Assembly (NCBI GenBank): GCA_964247055.1
Contig: OZ176050.1
Coordinates: 6,324,001 to 6,388,000, forward strand
Direction: 5' to 3'
DNA: 64,000 bases
From: Paragordius varius
Lineage: Eukaryota > Animalia > Nematomorpha
In this document: positions 16,801 to 31,700 of the stretch, piece by piece
Layout of the letters: every line of letters starts with the position of its first letter
Position numbering within the stretch: position 1 is the first letter of the stretch
Translations under genes and position numbers: made by a program
Notes under the pieces: generated by a model
Database searches by the model: none
What the model was told of the DNA's origin: nothing
What the model saw: only the letters and a program-made list of their open reading frames with translations

Positions 16801-19724
16801 TAAGATGACTTTATCCTATAAGTGTGCTTGATAAAGACAAAATATCATTTTTTAATTAACTTTAGGATAAAAAATTATTTTACATGTATATATAATATAA
16901 TTAATTGGTTATATTTCCGGAAAATATACATTTTGGTTTATATATAAAAATATGCGATAGTGACATGATAAAAGTATGTATAAAACAAAACAGATCACTT
17001 AATTTTGCGCTTGTGGTTTCTTCTATAAGGTTATTTAAGATGGTTAATCCATTATTATATATATACATATTTTATGAAATGTAATGCAATATAGACATAC
17101 TCTTAAGCTCTAGCTAGATATCTAACTAATTGCAAAAATATGTAAATTTTCATTTTTTTTCGTACATTTAACTTGATTGGGGAAAGAAATATATAAGTAT
17201 CAAGATTCGTAAGTGATATTTCCTTTAAGTGGATCTCAGAGATTTAATTTTTATTACCATACTCTATTGCATAAATCAATAAAGTAAAAATCGTTCTTTT
17301 TGATAGAATATCAAAAATATGCTTTTGATTTTTGCTTTCAATTTTAATTGGATTTTGCACATGTTACTGCATATTGGCAAAATAGCCTTTAATACAGATA
17401 GATTTATTTTTGGAGAAACATCAACATTCTTAAAGTTTTCATAATTTTAAGTATAAATTTAATTTACATTGGTTACACAGGGATGGAAAGAAGATATTTT
17501 AAACAAAAATTTAATAAATCAAACCAAACTCCTTAAGAGTTACTCTCTCTTTCTCTTTAATGAATTTCGGTTTTGATAACCTTGTCAAACGTCAACTTTT
17601 TTTGAAAAAAAGAAATGATTATTTTTGTCAAACAATCCATATACAAAAATATTGATCAAGGTTAAGATTCATTATAGTAAAGTTTTTGTAGTTTTGTCAC
17701 AGTTTAGTTTCATGAGTGTATTATTTATATATATTGATATCGAGAGTTTTATATGAATGACTTAAGAACGTTTGAGTCATTTTAAATTAATTTTTATTTG
17801 ACGCCCACACATTTATTTGTGTAAAATATCATTACAATATTCCCTCTAATCTTCAACAATTTACATCTATCTGTTAATTAATTGTAGTTCTCACGATAAA
17901 TATTAGTATTTGAATCACATCCACACCCATATAACTTATCAATTTTAATTAGTGTTGATTTTGTCGTTTTATCTCAAAAGTTAAAATTTTTCTTTTTTTA
18001 TTTATATTATCCCCGCTTTTTATGTTTTAAACAATAATGTATAGATATAATAATTTTAAAAATAGTACAAGAATTTTTTATGACTTAATACTTATAAGCA
18101 ACAACTATATTATTTTAAGGTATTCCACACACTTTAGTTGAGGCATTTGTTGAATTGTCCTTTTTTACAAAATTTTATGATGCATACATACTCTTTTTAA
18201 TTGAGCCATATTAATTATTTATGTATAGAAAAATACGCGTTTTATCAATGTAATGCCCCAAAGACCTGCGCTTCGCGTAAATTATTAATAGCGATTAATT
18301 TAGAAATAAGATACTAGAATTTCACAGGTCATACAATTATAACACAAAATTAATAAACCCAGATAACTAACAATCGAGTATCATAAAATGTCACAATAGG
18401 AAAATAAAAAAGGTTTGATTTTTTATTATTTTTTTATTTATTTTTACCTAAGTAATAATAAACTTATCTATCTAAGATTTATAGTTTTTATGTGTGCGCT
18501 CTAAAATGCAGATAAACACATATCATGACTTAGTAGACTTGAACAAAAGCAATAAAGGTATACTCTATACGTACCTGTAGTTGAAAATTATCTTGATAGT
18601 ATAGAATATGAGAGGCCTGCCTGTAAATTATATTGGAATTAACAATACTTTTTTTTCTATTTTTTTGACTTTAAATTACAATCAATACAGATAATAACTT
18701 TAATTTTTATGGACTAAACTTTCTGAAAAGTTAAAATAGTTTTAAATGTGTATCTGTATCAATATCATTCATTACTGTGCCTTAATTTAATATTTATAAT
18801 CTGTTCTGTATAAATACAATTTACTATATATATTGTATTCGTTTAAATGTATAAAATTTACCTGTCCAAGTTTATTCTTTAGTTATTTAACTCTACAATC
18901 ATGTCAAAGAAGATTAAGCGCTTTATTTGATTGATTTGTAATAAGATAAAAGGTAAAAATAAAAAAATCTGGATAATATAATATACTTTAAAACTATGAT
19001 ATGTATTGAAAGAGATATTGATATGCATACAAAAGAAAATATTTTAAAGCCTTTTATGATTAAAGTCTTTTATAATGCCTAGGAAGTTATATAGACCATT
19101 GTTTATTGTTTATATTTAGAATGGCATAATTATATTTTAATATTGTATTTCTCATAATCGGAAAAATGATATATGCTGAAATTTTTTTTCGAGCAAATAC
19201 ATTATATATTGTCATCAAGGGGTTTTCGAGGTAGTACGGTTTAAATTAGCTCGGTTTTATCCTAAAATTTTTTACTTTTTTTAAATAAATAATCGGGACA
19301 AAATCTTCCTTTTCCGATATCATATTCAAATCACTGCTTGTATTTAATAGGGTAGTTAATTGTGGAGTCAGATGAATTTCTGCCTAAGGTAAATTTACAA
19401 TATTGATTTTGGATTATCAATTTTCTATTTGCGATAACCATCGTTGACTGTATAACTACGTAATCGATATTTGTAATTATTGACTCCAGCAAAACAAAAA
19501 TACATTTAACTCCTAAATCATCCTTAAACAACCGATACAAAACAAATCAAACTTCGTAGACTCTTAAGTAGATAAGAAGACTTGGTTCTACTTATTTGTG
19601 CCCAGAAAGAAAATGGAACATGGCGTTCATAAAATTTTATGGATTACATGAGTTTAACAATATAATACACAATAATGAAAATATAATAATTTTAAATTAT
19701 ATAATTGTCTATAAAAATCAAATT

Positions 19725-22700
19725 ATGGAGTCAAAAGTATGGTTGATGACCCTGTTTATTTTAATTTTCAAAGGTAAGCCAATAAAATAATTTTAATATA
19801 TGAATAGGTTTTTACATCCATCATTTTCCTTATAATAAGTCTAAATCGAAAAGGCATAACAAGGAAAAATCAGATTTTTTATAATCTTAAAATTGCGCAT
19901 GGTTGTGTTTTGTCCTTGTTACACCAAGCAAAAAATTACATATGCGGTACTCTTCCGAATATTTATAGGTTAAAATCGCAAAATTTGCTGACTTATTTGA
20001 TAATAACCTTTGAAAGTTTTTTTTAAAGTATTTTCGCAATTGATTGCAAAAATAAACAGTTTTTTAACTTTTATTTTCAATAACTTTTTAAAATCAATTA
20101 TTAATTTACCAATTTTTCACACAACCTAAATACCTTCGTTTTTTTTCCACAAAAAATATTTTTGACATGGATATTAGAAAAGTTACAATATGTTGACATA
20201 AAGTTTTTTTATAAAGGTATTTTTTATTTTATAAATATACATTGTTATATATCTGGACGGCGCCCCTATTCATTTCAGAAAGAGATGATGTCCTCCATTG
20301 TATTACCTGCTGAATATCGGGGGACAGATAATATCTTTTATAAGTCGACTTTTATCAAAATAAATTAATACCATCTTTCTCTTTGATAAGTCATGATACT
20401 GTATTTTTAAGGTAGGTATATAGGAAACGGAAACGGCTTGCTATTTAAAATACCTGTTTAAAATTTAATCTGTAATAAAATGTATTGTCATTTATATGGT
20501 TATGATTTTATATATATATATATATATATATTAAATTATTTTGGGTGATTACTTTTTAATTATATCGTATAAATTTTTATATAAATTTTAATATTTTTAT
20601 AGTAAATTTGTTGGACACGAGAAACGAGCTTAGCCTGGAATGGGCACATTTTCGACCCAATGCTGATCCTTCTGAAACTAATCGTGGGGTATGTATATAT
20701 TACTTTTATAAATGTTTCATTTAATATATCTTCAATTTTAAAGAGAATAAACGTAACATAATTGTAGGGGAGGTAAGTATAGAATAGAGGTATAAGGTGA
20801 AGTAGGGATTATTTTTAACAAATATCAATCAAACAATGTATGATTAACGCGTGAGTAATTATACAAACAAACATAAATGAATTGATTCGTTCAATTTATG
20901 TACAAAAAGTGTTGTTATATTACATAAAGATTAAGAAAAGATTTTCCCTAACAATAGTACTTAATAATATAAGATTTGCTAAATAAATATATATATGTGT
21001 ACCTTAACACACACCTATACAGTTTTTTGTTTGTTTAGGCCGTTTTTCATAGATGTTACACATTTATTTATTTATACGTAACTTTTTAACGGTAGTCATG
21101 TTTTAGCTCTTGAACTTTATACAATCTAAAAATATAAACGGGATTATATTTATACTTAATCACGTAGCCTAATTTATATGGTAACAAAATATTCCGTGCG
21201 TTTTTTTGCACACACAAATGCTTAACACTTAAACTTCCGCGTCTCTTTTATATGTGCTTTAGGTGCGTATAACTTATATATTTTGAGAGGTCTTTATACC
21301 TTGCTATTGTTTATAACTTAATTATGATTAGAATATAACTTCTTTCGTATCCATGTAAAATAATGGATGTAATAAACAATAGAAATGTATATTCCCATTA
21401 AAGAAGCATTGTTTTTGTCATGTTTGTGTCAACGGAACACATATTTGACATTAATTCTAATATAGGTGCAAGTTAGCAAACATATTTAAGCTTGAAAAAC
21501 AAAAATATCCTAAGATTGTATACGATGTTAAAATTTTCGATTAGAAGAATCGATATCTATCTAAAATAACTTTATAACACAAACATTGATTTATGTTGGC
21601 TATCAAACTCTTAATTAATGTACTTTTAACTTTAGTTGTAGTGATATAAATACCATTTAAAGGAAGTACTTTAACAGCCATGTTAAATTTTAGTATATAT
21701 GGTACTAATTTTATCATGTGGCTATTAATAAACTTTAATTAAATTTTAAGAGTGTTTAGTTTGTTGTAAAGATGAGATAAGAGGTCAACATTGTTTCACT
21801 ATCTATCTTTATTATTAAATTTTAAGAAAAGAAATGGAATGAAAAACATAATTAAATTATTATAATATTGCCGCTTAAGAATCATGTTGATAAGTCTTGA
21901 AACTGATCATTTTAAAATTGGTCATAAACTGTAAAACAAATTGCCATTTTTCTTTGATCTTTTTTTACCGTCGCTTGTATTAAAAATATTTTATACAATT
22001 CTAATAAGAATATTAAATCGTTCAAACAAGAATTTAAAATATATAGTTTATTCAATCTGTAAAAGTGCATTTTTGATTGATGTAACGGCTAATGCGAGTT
22101 TATTATTTTTAATCTATTATGTAAACATCATTGGTGTATAAATATAATTTCTTTTTTTAACAAAATAAAATATAATTTGATCATAAAAAATATAAAATTT
22201 TTATAAGATTCAAAATCTCGATTGTATAAATTGATCCACCGTTATATTTTGTTTAGTAATTAATATCACTGCAAAATTCATTATAAATAGCCTTTCATTG
22301 CCTTTAACCTTATGAATAATAATTGATTTTTTACGAAATGCCAACTAAAAACGTAGTATGGCATCAAATATTTTCTTTCATAAATAGCAACTTTGAATAA
22401 AAGTTTTAATATGGTATCTATGTGATAGATTTTTTATATTTTTCGCATAAACCTTCCATTTTTTTCTTTACACTTTGGTGAATATGTCAACTTGGTACAT
22501 TTTTCGCATCTATCATACATTTGTGAAAAATATTTTATATTTTTTCCTGGTCCCTAAGAATGTCTCCATGATGCATATATTAAAACATGAATAAATTTAC
22601 ACCTGGGTTTAAAAGTGTCTACTAAGCTAAAAATGCAAAATATTTCGAAAGAGTGATTTATGAAAAGCATAATATAAGATAAATGTTTTTAAGTTTATTT

Positions 22701-25700
22701 AGAGAAAAAGAGCCTAAAAAATTAGATTTTATAATATATAATAATTAAAAGCTAAATTGATAAAAAATATTTTGAGTGTTAGGTTAAAAGTCTACACTCG
22801 CATTCAGAGAGAAGTTAACATATTTTGTATTTGTACATATTAGGTATAACTGATAACAAATTTATGATATTGTATATGTTAATGCTTTTTTATCTTGTTT
22901 TTATATATATATTATGGTTATTTATATGTTAAACCTCAAACCTCTATTGTTTAAAAATTTATTTTTTTTACAAAATTGTTACGGTATTATACTACAACAT
23001 ATTAAGTATATAGTAATCATTGAACATGTTAATGCGATAAGGATAGGGAGTAATGTGAACGAAATTGCAAAATTTTTAACTATGTATGTCTAATCTCGAT
23101 TCAATCAACGTTAACTTTTTAATCCCCCACCCCTCTTGAAAATTGAATTTATGATTGCAAAAACATTATAAAATAATAATGATATATGGTTAATTACATT
23201 GTACGAGTATAATTTAATTATGTATGTACATATGTAATAAATTATAAAAAATAATGATTTTGAGGTAATTGAATTTGAATCCATACTATTTAGGCCTCTT
23301 TAACTGAAAAAAAAAACGATTATATGATTTATGTTTATTGTAAGTAACAAAGTATAATATGGATATATAAATATGTATCAATCTAGGTTTAGATATTACT
23401 GTCTTTTATGTTCCAGATACATTTATTAGTATACACATAAATAAAATTATAAACAAAATATACATTTATGTATTGAATCAATAATCGTACCGCTAGTCTA
23501 ATTTGGAACCGCATTTTTTAAAATAATGAGATTTAAAAGTTTTTTGTAGAGATGAGCATATGGCCCTTAAAAACAATGTAACAACATGTATATTTAGTAA
23601 TAATTTTTTACCTGAATCAAATAACGATACTAATTATTAACAATTGGCCAAATGCTTATACTGACCATATTGTCAATTATACATTATCTCAAACATAACA
23701 AGAAAGACATATTTTTTTAATCCTTATTTTTTCAAAAATAAATAAAATATAAACGTAAAAAATGTTGGACATGTGCATAAAATTTAATGTTATGTTGTTA
23801 CCTGTGTCCTTATTGCGAGATTATGTTTTTTACCTTTTAACAATAAATTTATAAAGTAACTTGTTTAAGGGTCACAAAACAAACATCATGAAAATACTCA
23901 ACTTTTATGAGATAACTAATCATAGCTTATAAAACAATTATATATGTTATTATATTGAATTCAGCCAAAATTATAATATGTTATGAATTTTCTATTACTA
24001 CAAGTAATCTTTGTCAAACGTAAAAAATAAAATTAAAATATAAACTAAAATTATTGTGCCATTTCATTAAATGTAATGTAAAGATCAGTGTTAATCCAGA
24101 TAATATATATATATATATATATATATAGCTAATTTTATGTGCAATTTAGTGGTTAGAAGAAACGTATTCGCACGTAGAAAATGAAACACTTGTTAATTGG
24201 CGCTCCTACGTAGTTTGTGACATGAATGACCCCACTTCCCACATAAACCATCGTGATAATTGGTTAAGGACGCCCATTGTAACACTCAAAGCCCCAAAAT
24301 CTCAGCTAACAAACAAAAACGATGTTGATGATGATAAGGGCAAAGAGTCGTTTGTTACGGGTATGAAGAGAATATACGTCCATTTGATTTACAGTATGAG
24401 AGATTGTGTCGGTCGAACCGACGAAGAATGTAAGGAAACGTTTGAAGTTTATTATGGACTTGTGGGCAGCCGGGCCAATTCACCCAAAGGTAACTACTCT
24501 CCGCTAAAATTTAATCCGTACAAAGTTGGTAAAGGAAGTGCTCCTCGACACATTAGCGATGAATGGATCTTGCTTGATCGAATAGCCGCGGCTCCGGATC
24601 AGAGCCCAAAGTCAAAAGCGTCAAAATCTAATTATGATGAACAGAGTCAGCAAAACAACATAATTATGAGTAAACGAACGTTATCGTTTGCATTTAACGC
24701 CTCAGAGTGGTCAGGCTTTCACCTCGCTTTCCATGATACAGGAGCGTGTTTATCGCTTCTGGCCGTTGAAGTATATAAGATTAATTATAAGCAACTAGGC
24801 GTTTAAAATCTTTTAATTCCGTTTTGGTGCGTGTTATTTCATTAAACATTTCTTGTTTTCCTAATAATAAATAAATGAGCTAATATTAAAATATATTTGA
24901 CCACTAAATATTACCGATATGCAATTAAACGATTTAACTTCTCAACGTATCTTGATTAAATTTTTTGGCCCTTATTTAACATTTAGTATATAAATTATTT
25001 TATTTTTAAGCCTTGATTTGATTCATTGCTACAGATTTACACATTGTACTGTCCCGAAGGCATACGAAATGGCGTTTGGTTACAAAATACACCGACAGGA
25101 TCGGATTTGACCTCAGTCATTAGTACGCGTGGGAGTTGTCTTCCCCATTCAACATATTTAACCCATTTACCCGATTTATTGGGCAGCATTAATGTTCCAA
25201 ATCATAAAAATAGTGTGACTGGCACGGCAACACCCAACTTATTTGACACAAATTACTTGTGTCAAAGTAATGGTCAATGGTTTAATGCTCAAACTAATAG
25301 AGTTGTAAATACGCTAAAAGACACCCTTTCACCCCATCAAATAGCTCAAGCCTATTATAATCAAAGTTGTTTCTGTGACCCGGGCTATCAACCAAATTTC
25401 TTAGTCATTAATACTAAAAAACATGACTCTTTATCACATGCTTCGGCAGCCCGTAGTATGTTGGATAATTGGTGCCAAGGTATATTCTTTATTGATTCAT
25501 ATTCATTTTTAAACAAAATTGCATGTACATATATAAATATGGTTTATTAAAAAATGTGCAAATATATTTCCAACTGAGGATGTTAAAAAGAGATTTGAAT
25601 GCCAAAAACATACATCGTTTAGGCAAAAGGCTTAGAATCAAATGAAATAAAATACCCTAGACTAAAATTCCCTAAAGTCACATATGCAGACACACAGAGA

Positions 25701-28700
25701 AAACATATTTACCAAATAAAGAATTACCAAAAAATTATTTAACAGTTAGAAATATTAGATTGGTTATGTAGATAGGTAGGCTATTAGAATTCTGGACATG
25801 TCCTTTTCTTTTATTCTATGTGTGTTACTTATTTTGTTTGAATGATACCACTATCTATAACTCTACTCTTTCTGAAACTTTGATACAAAATATTTCTTCC
25901 CTGTTAAAAATAAATTAAATAATATATTTACTTTATATGTCATTCGCTGACTAAGATAAATCTCATCTAAATCCATTCTAAATCTTATCAAACAAATAAA
26001 ATATTTGGCAATGTTAATGGATCACAAAATGAAAGAAAAGTTTGACACGAGAAAATTAAACATACATCTTTTTTGACAAATTTAATTTTAATCAATCTTT
26101 GAGTACCGAATACTTTTTTGTGTGCGTGGTCCATCCTATAAATTATTTTTTGGAAAAGTTTAATAATTTAAGATATTTATTTATCAAATAGTTTTTGGTA
26201 GGGATTAAGTTTTATCACGCATTTCGCCATATTTTCATATGATAATAATTTGATAAAAAAACATTTGTGATATTTAAGCCATCCTACCCTTAATCCTTCC
26301 TTATTTTGCGCTTATATAACCAACCGTGTTTGAAAAGCAGGACAAGTTTAAATATACCAAAATTTATTGCATTTAGAAAACTAATCTAATTTTTGTTGAT
26401 ATCTATCATATTATATTATATTGCGTTGCTTACATTTAAAAATGCTAACTAAAAATTATAAAATTCCAAAATTTATAGCAAATTACATGAATAACCAACC
26501 AAAATTTTTTTACACATATAATGTCTTTAGGATTAAGATAAATTGATCTATCTGATCATGTTTCCTTTGCTTGTGATTTATTAGTCACAATTTATAAGCT
26601 AAACTACTCCTCTATATGACATTAATTTTTCATTTTTTGTGCATGCATACATGCTAAACTTATATACAATTTGTGTAATACATTTTCATATTACTACAGC
26701 ATGAAAATTTGAGATTAACATTTGTGGTTTTACCACCATAAAATATATAATGTCTTTATAAGTAGCCAATCTGACCAAAAAAATCAATTTAACATTATTG
26801 AGTAAACGACGATAATATAAGGTAATTTTGTAATGTAATCATAATTTAACCTCGCCTATTTTAAAGGAAAATGTTTTTTACAGCGAGCAAGCAATTCATC
26901 TTAACACTAATGAGGTGTAACCTTGAGCAATTTAAATATTCGATTTTTTCTTTAACGATTTATTTATAAATTAATCTTTGATCGATTAAAGTAAGTACAG
27001 TATTATGAAACATTTTGTATGGAAAAAATGTATTTTGTTATCATTGCTCAACTTAAATTTAAAAAAATTGGGTCCTATCTATCATATAATATGTACATTT
27101 AAAGAATTCCCTAGATTAATGTTTTTGGTTGGTTTGCTTTCGAATTTTAATTAAAAATGGCAATAAAATTTCCATAGTTTTACCACTATCTATAAAATTT
27201 TCTGGGTAGAGTTGGATGAAATTTAAATACATATATTTTAATTAAAACGAAGTTCACAGGCACTTTCTATGCGTACTTATTCATTTCCCATTTTTTGCTG
27301 CAAATATTTTTGAAACTTTGACATAAGACTTCTCGCGTAAAAAAAGCGATTGTACCAATTTTTAGGTCTAATTGGAAGTTTCTACTACACGCTTTGCTTC
27401 ATAAAATATTTATCATTTTTCAATTAGTAGTGTTTTCTATTTGTTTACTTAAGTAAGCATTGTTGGTTGAAAAACAAACATTAAATCCAAAATTCTAAAA
27501 ACGTTTCTACCTTAGTGTGACACTCCTCTAATGGTTTCAATGACGATAATTTTTATTTTTTAAACATTTAGAGATTTTCGAAGGGCTAGCCATGCATCAT
27601 ATGAATATTGATATTATGTGATATTTTGTGGAAAAATGTCAAACCTGTAAATTTCATAATATAATCTTATAAATATTTTAACACATTATTTTTTTTGGTA
27701 TTTATTAAATATAAATAAAATGAAACATGAAAAAAATCAAGGGTTCAACTACAGCGTGCCATAAAAATGTTTTATGGTGCTCCACATTGCGTGCCAATAT
27801 ATATGGGAGAGAAGTTCCTGTTTATTGGTTTTTTGAATCCCATGTCTATTGGGTCCCATTAATATTTTGCGTTAGGGGCATGGGTTTTTTCTAATCCTTG
27901 AACTATTATTACTTTTCGTTTCTTTATATTAAGAAGAGAATTAACTACTTTTATTATTAACCTGCCTCCAGAAAAAAAAGAGAATCCAAAAATCAATCTG
28001 AATTAACATTACTATGCAGCAGTTAAAATTAATGTGAACTCCTCTCTATTATCAAAAGCAAGGGTACGAGTTCACATTCACGACATGGCTGACAAAAAAA
28101 TCTATCTATGTGCAAATTATTTCAGATCTGTCTTCTTAGAATATTGTGTCTTGAGAGGTTTTTTTCTTAATCTATGATTATATAGCTTTTAAATTTATTG
28201 TGTGCTCAGTAGGGAAAAGTAAGATATTTTTTGCAATATTTTTAAAATTTATCAAATTAAAAATTCATAGATTCGATAAAGTCATAGCATCCACTAATTT
28301 GATATCTTTTTCACATATAATTTATTCATTTATGCAAGACTATCTATATCTAACACTCTTAATACAGAAAATTGGGCATTTTTAGGATTTTTGGGCTCTC
28401 TGCATTTTTTATCTATAAGATTGTTTGTTTATCGACAAGTTATATAGTAACTATGCGTTTCTCTCTTAATTATTCTATCACTAAGAATTATTTTAAACAG
28501 TCATGTAAAGAGTATTAAACTTTTTGGGTTGAATTCCTTATTTGTACTGCCTGACAATAAGAGTTCTGACTTCAAATTTGCAACAACACAATATTAGCTT
28601 GTATTTACATTTTGTGCGCTTATTCTTTTCACCCTTTTTGCATTAATTAATTAGCAAAATTTCATGAAAATAAAAATGGATCCATTCCATATAAATCCAT

Positions 28701-31700
28701 AAAAAATATTTTTATAGCATTTTTTTGCCATCAAAGTGTAAACCAACTTCCTTTTAAATCAGGAAAGAACAATTGCATACTAATGATGGTCAAGTTTGTG
28801 GCTAGCAAACACTCGACAATATTTGAAGATACAATATCTAAGGATGTATATTTTTTAACACATAAAAACTCTATCTTAGGTATTATAATAATTAATTAAT
28901 TATAATAGTTGGTTGGTTATCATCAAAAATCATTAAATTTTTCTTTTGTAATGTTTTTGTGGTATGAAAAAAACACTAAAACAAATGGTAGTTAATGGAG
29001 CTATTGAAATTCATTTTTTTATTGCCAATATTTGTTAATTACAATGATATAAATGTTTCAAGTGTCATCCAACTAATATTTATGTATGTGTGATGAGAGA
29101 ATGAAAAGTACTTAAAAATGGAGTATTAATTTTTAGTTTTATGGATTAATAATTTTAATTATAACTCCATTTTTATAGCCATTATTTATATATATCGTTA
29201 ATTATGTGATAAGTATGTGGTATTTTAACACAATTTTTATTATCCAGCTAATATACATCATCAATATTTACGAAAAAAAATCATATTTTTATGTGCTCTT
29301 TAAACATTTTTATTACCTATTCTGAGAGTAAAATTTATTTTCCCTCACCATATAATGATATTTCAATTGGCCTTTCAGCGCAATGCGCTAAATCATTTAT
29401 ATATATACCATATTGTAAATATTAAAATTTTACAATGATATTTTTAACTAAATTTTACCATTTAAATTTCCCTTTTTTATATGCTAAAATAAAGTTATTT
29501 GAATTAAATTATAATAATAATTATGTATCATTTTCATTTTTTTACACCATTTTATAGATATTAAAAAATAATTTTCACAAAAATTCAATTATATTTTAGG
29601 GGGTTTAGTTAGAGAGAATCGATAAAATAACCATTTAACTTAAGTTTTTAGTTATATATATGATGTATGGTTCACAACTGTAGAACAATGTACATTATAT
29701 TTTAAAATTTAATTAAAAAATTGAATGATTTATGCTGATAGGCCACATAACTTAATGAGTTTTAAAAAGGGGTTCTAGTAAAATCATTAATTTAATCTTT
29801 ATACAACCTTCCAAATTTAAAAAAAAACAGCTTTAATATATTTCAATATCAGCTTTCAGCTTTTTTTTTCTTGTATAACTGTATTTTAGATTTTAAGACC
29901 CTGTACATTAGTTAACTGCTAACATAATTTGTTAAAAATAAATTTCAACGGCATAGAGAATCATAATGAAATTAATAAATTTTACATTATTTTTTACTCT
30001 TTTTTACCTTTGTCCTAAAAATAACGCAATATTTATCGCTAAATTAAATTTGTCCTTCGAATAACAAGTACCGGCAACTAGGCACCAACAAAACATATAA
30101 ATAAATAAATCTTCCATATAATGCTACTTATTAAATTTATATATTATACATTTTACATCTTGTATGAGAAATAATTTGTTCGTATATATAGAGCGGGTTG
30201 AATATCAAAGCCTGAATTAATTTATATTTTAATCACTTTCAATGAGTTTATAAAGCACTTTAAAGTTTTAAGAAAACGATAATATACATCTAATGTTTAT
30301 AAACCAATAAATAGTTCTCAGATTAATATTTAATGTAGTAAGGACTTAAAATAGCGGTTTTCCTGATTTATCACATAGCAAAGAAATGGTGCTTTAAAAT
30401 TTTCACTTATTGTTTGGCGTGTTGCCTAACTACGGAAAAAATAAAAAAGATTTATAATTAGAACGTTTTTATATCACAAATACAGTTAAACACGTATAAA
30501 GTATAATGTTCAAAGAATATATTATTGTGGTTTGTATATTTGCTGCGCTGCATCGTTTAATTCTTTTCTGTTCTGTGAAACACATACAAAAAATCTTGCA
30601 TACATTAAATATAAAATATTTGCAGGACTTTACTTAGTTTATTGGCCTAAGATTTTGTTGCTTAGTTAGGATGGATACTATTGAACAAATTAGTAGAAAC
30701 TTTGTATTTAGTGCTAACAGAGATTTCGTCCTGGTCCAAAAATTATATCATATTTCTCGTTTTTTCCCCACCACACATTTTTTATGATTTAATTTATATG
30801 TAATTGTATTGAGGATTATATAAAATATATGTTGGATGGAAATAAAAAAACGAAGCGCATTGTTACAATAAATATAAATTAAAATTCTGTCTTGGTGTAC
30901 ACAGTGCAAACTTCACCACCTAGAAATATTATTGTATCCTAATATGGGTGAATCAAATATTTGCTGTTAGAACTAAATTCAATTAGGTTATGTTTACCTT
31001 TTATAAAACTTGCCTCTCAAATATTTTTTTACATATACTTTGGTATTTATAGTATATATTCCTTAATTTCGGACCGTTGTAAACGCTTGGCTATAATTTT
31101 CAAATTACTGAAATTTGAAATATATTATCTAGGGAATTTTTTCCTTGGTATAACATGCGAAAGATTTAAGAAGTAGAGCGCTTTTTTGCAAAATTTTATG
31201 TTTTAAATTATTTTCAGTGTTTTCGAGGCCAAATTAAACCAGTGAGCAATATAATTATTTGATGATTAATTAAAAAGGTAGTGATTTTTGGAAAATTATA
31301 ACAAGTACATTTTTTATATAATTTCAATAGAGTCTATCTTTTGGATTTAAAGCCGACCCGAGTTTTACTTTAACTACAAGGGGTGTCTTTAAAATGAAAA
31401 ATAGATATTAATAATATTTTTATTACGAAAATTTGCCGCTAGACTGGGCCATGACAGTTTGGTCAAATGTGTTTTTCGATTCTAATCTTTAAACTTCGCA
31501 AATCATCACTCTGAGCTACGGCGACATATTACATATAGAACGCTGCTATATAGGGTGAATTTACGTTTTCAACAAAACATGGTTTACCTTTAAAAAATAA
31601 TCACCTTAAGTATGATATGCAAGCTTGGTCAACGCAATAAAAAGGAAATATTGATTCAAAATATCAATTAAATTTTTTATAATAGTAGAAGATAATAGCA

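Noticed and set aside
8152-19540. Short track ORFs (60-95 aa) in the 15-kb region upstream of Eph
   Set aside because: They have F/I/K/Y-rich AT-biased composition, no recognisable domains and no coherent splice chain, consistent with chance ORFs.
20162-20411. Extra Eph exon between the signal-peptide exon and 20603
   Set aside because: The strong donor at 20412 gives phase 2 or hits stops, which is incompatible with the phase-1 acceptor at 20603. I could not build a supported model.
24128-24149. Alternative acceptor right after the (TA)n tract upstream of Eph exon 3
   Set aside because: Using it adds an in-frame TAG before the conserved WLEE.
27740-28130. GC-richer intronic segment suspected to be a retroelement relic
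   Set aside because: No convincing protein motif in the frames examined.
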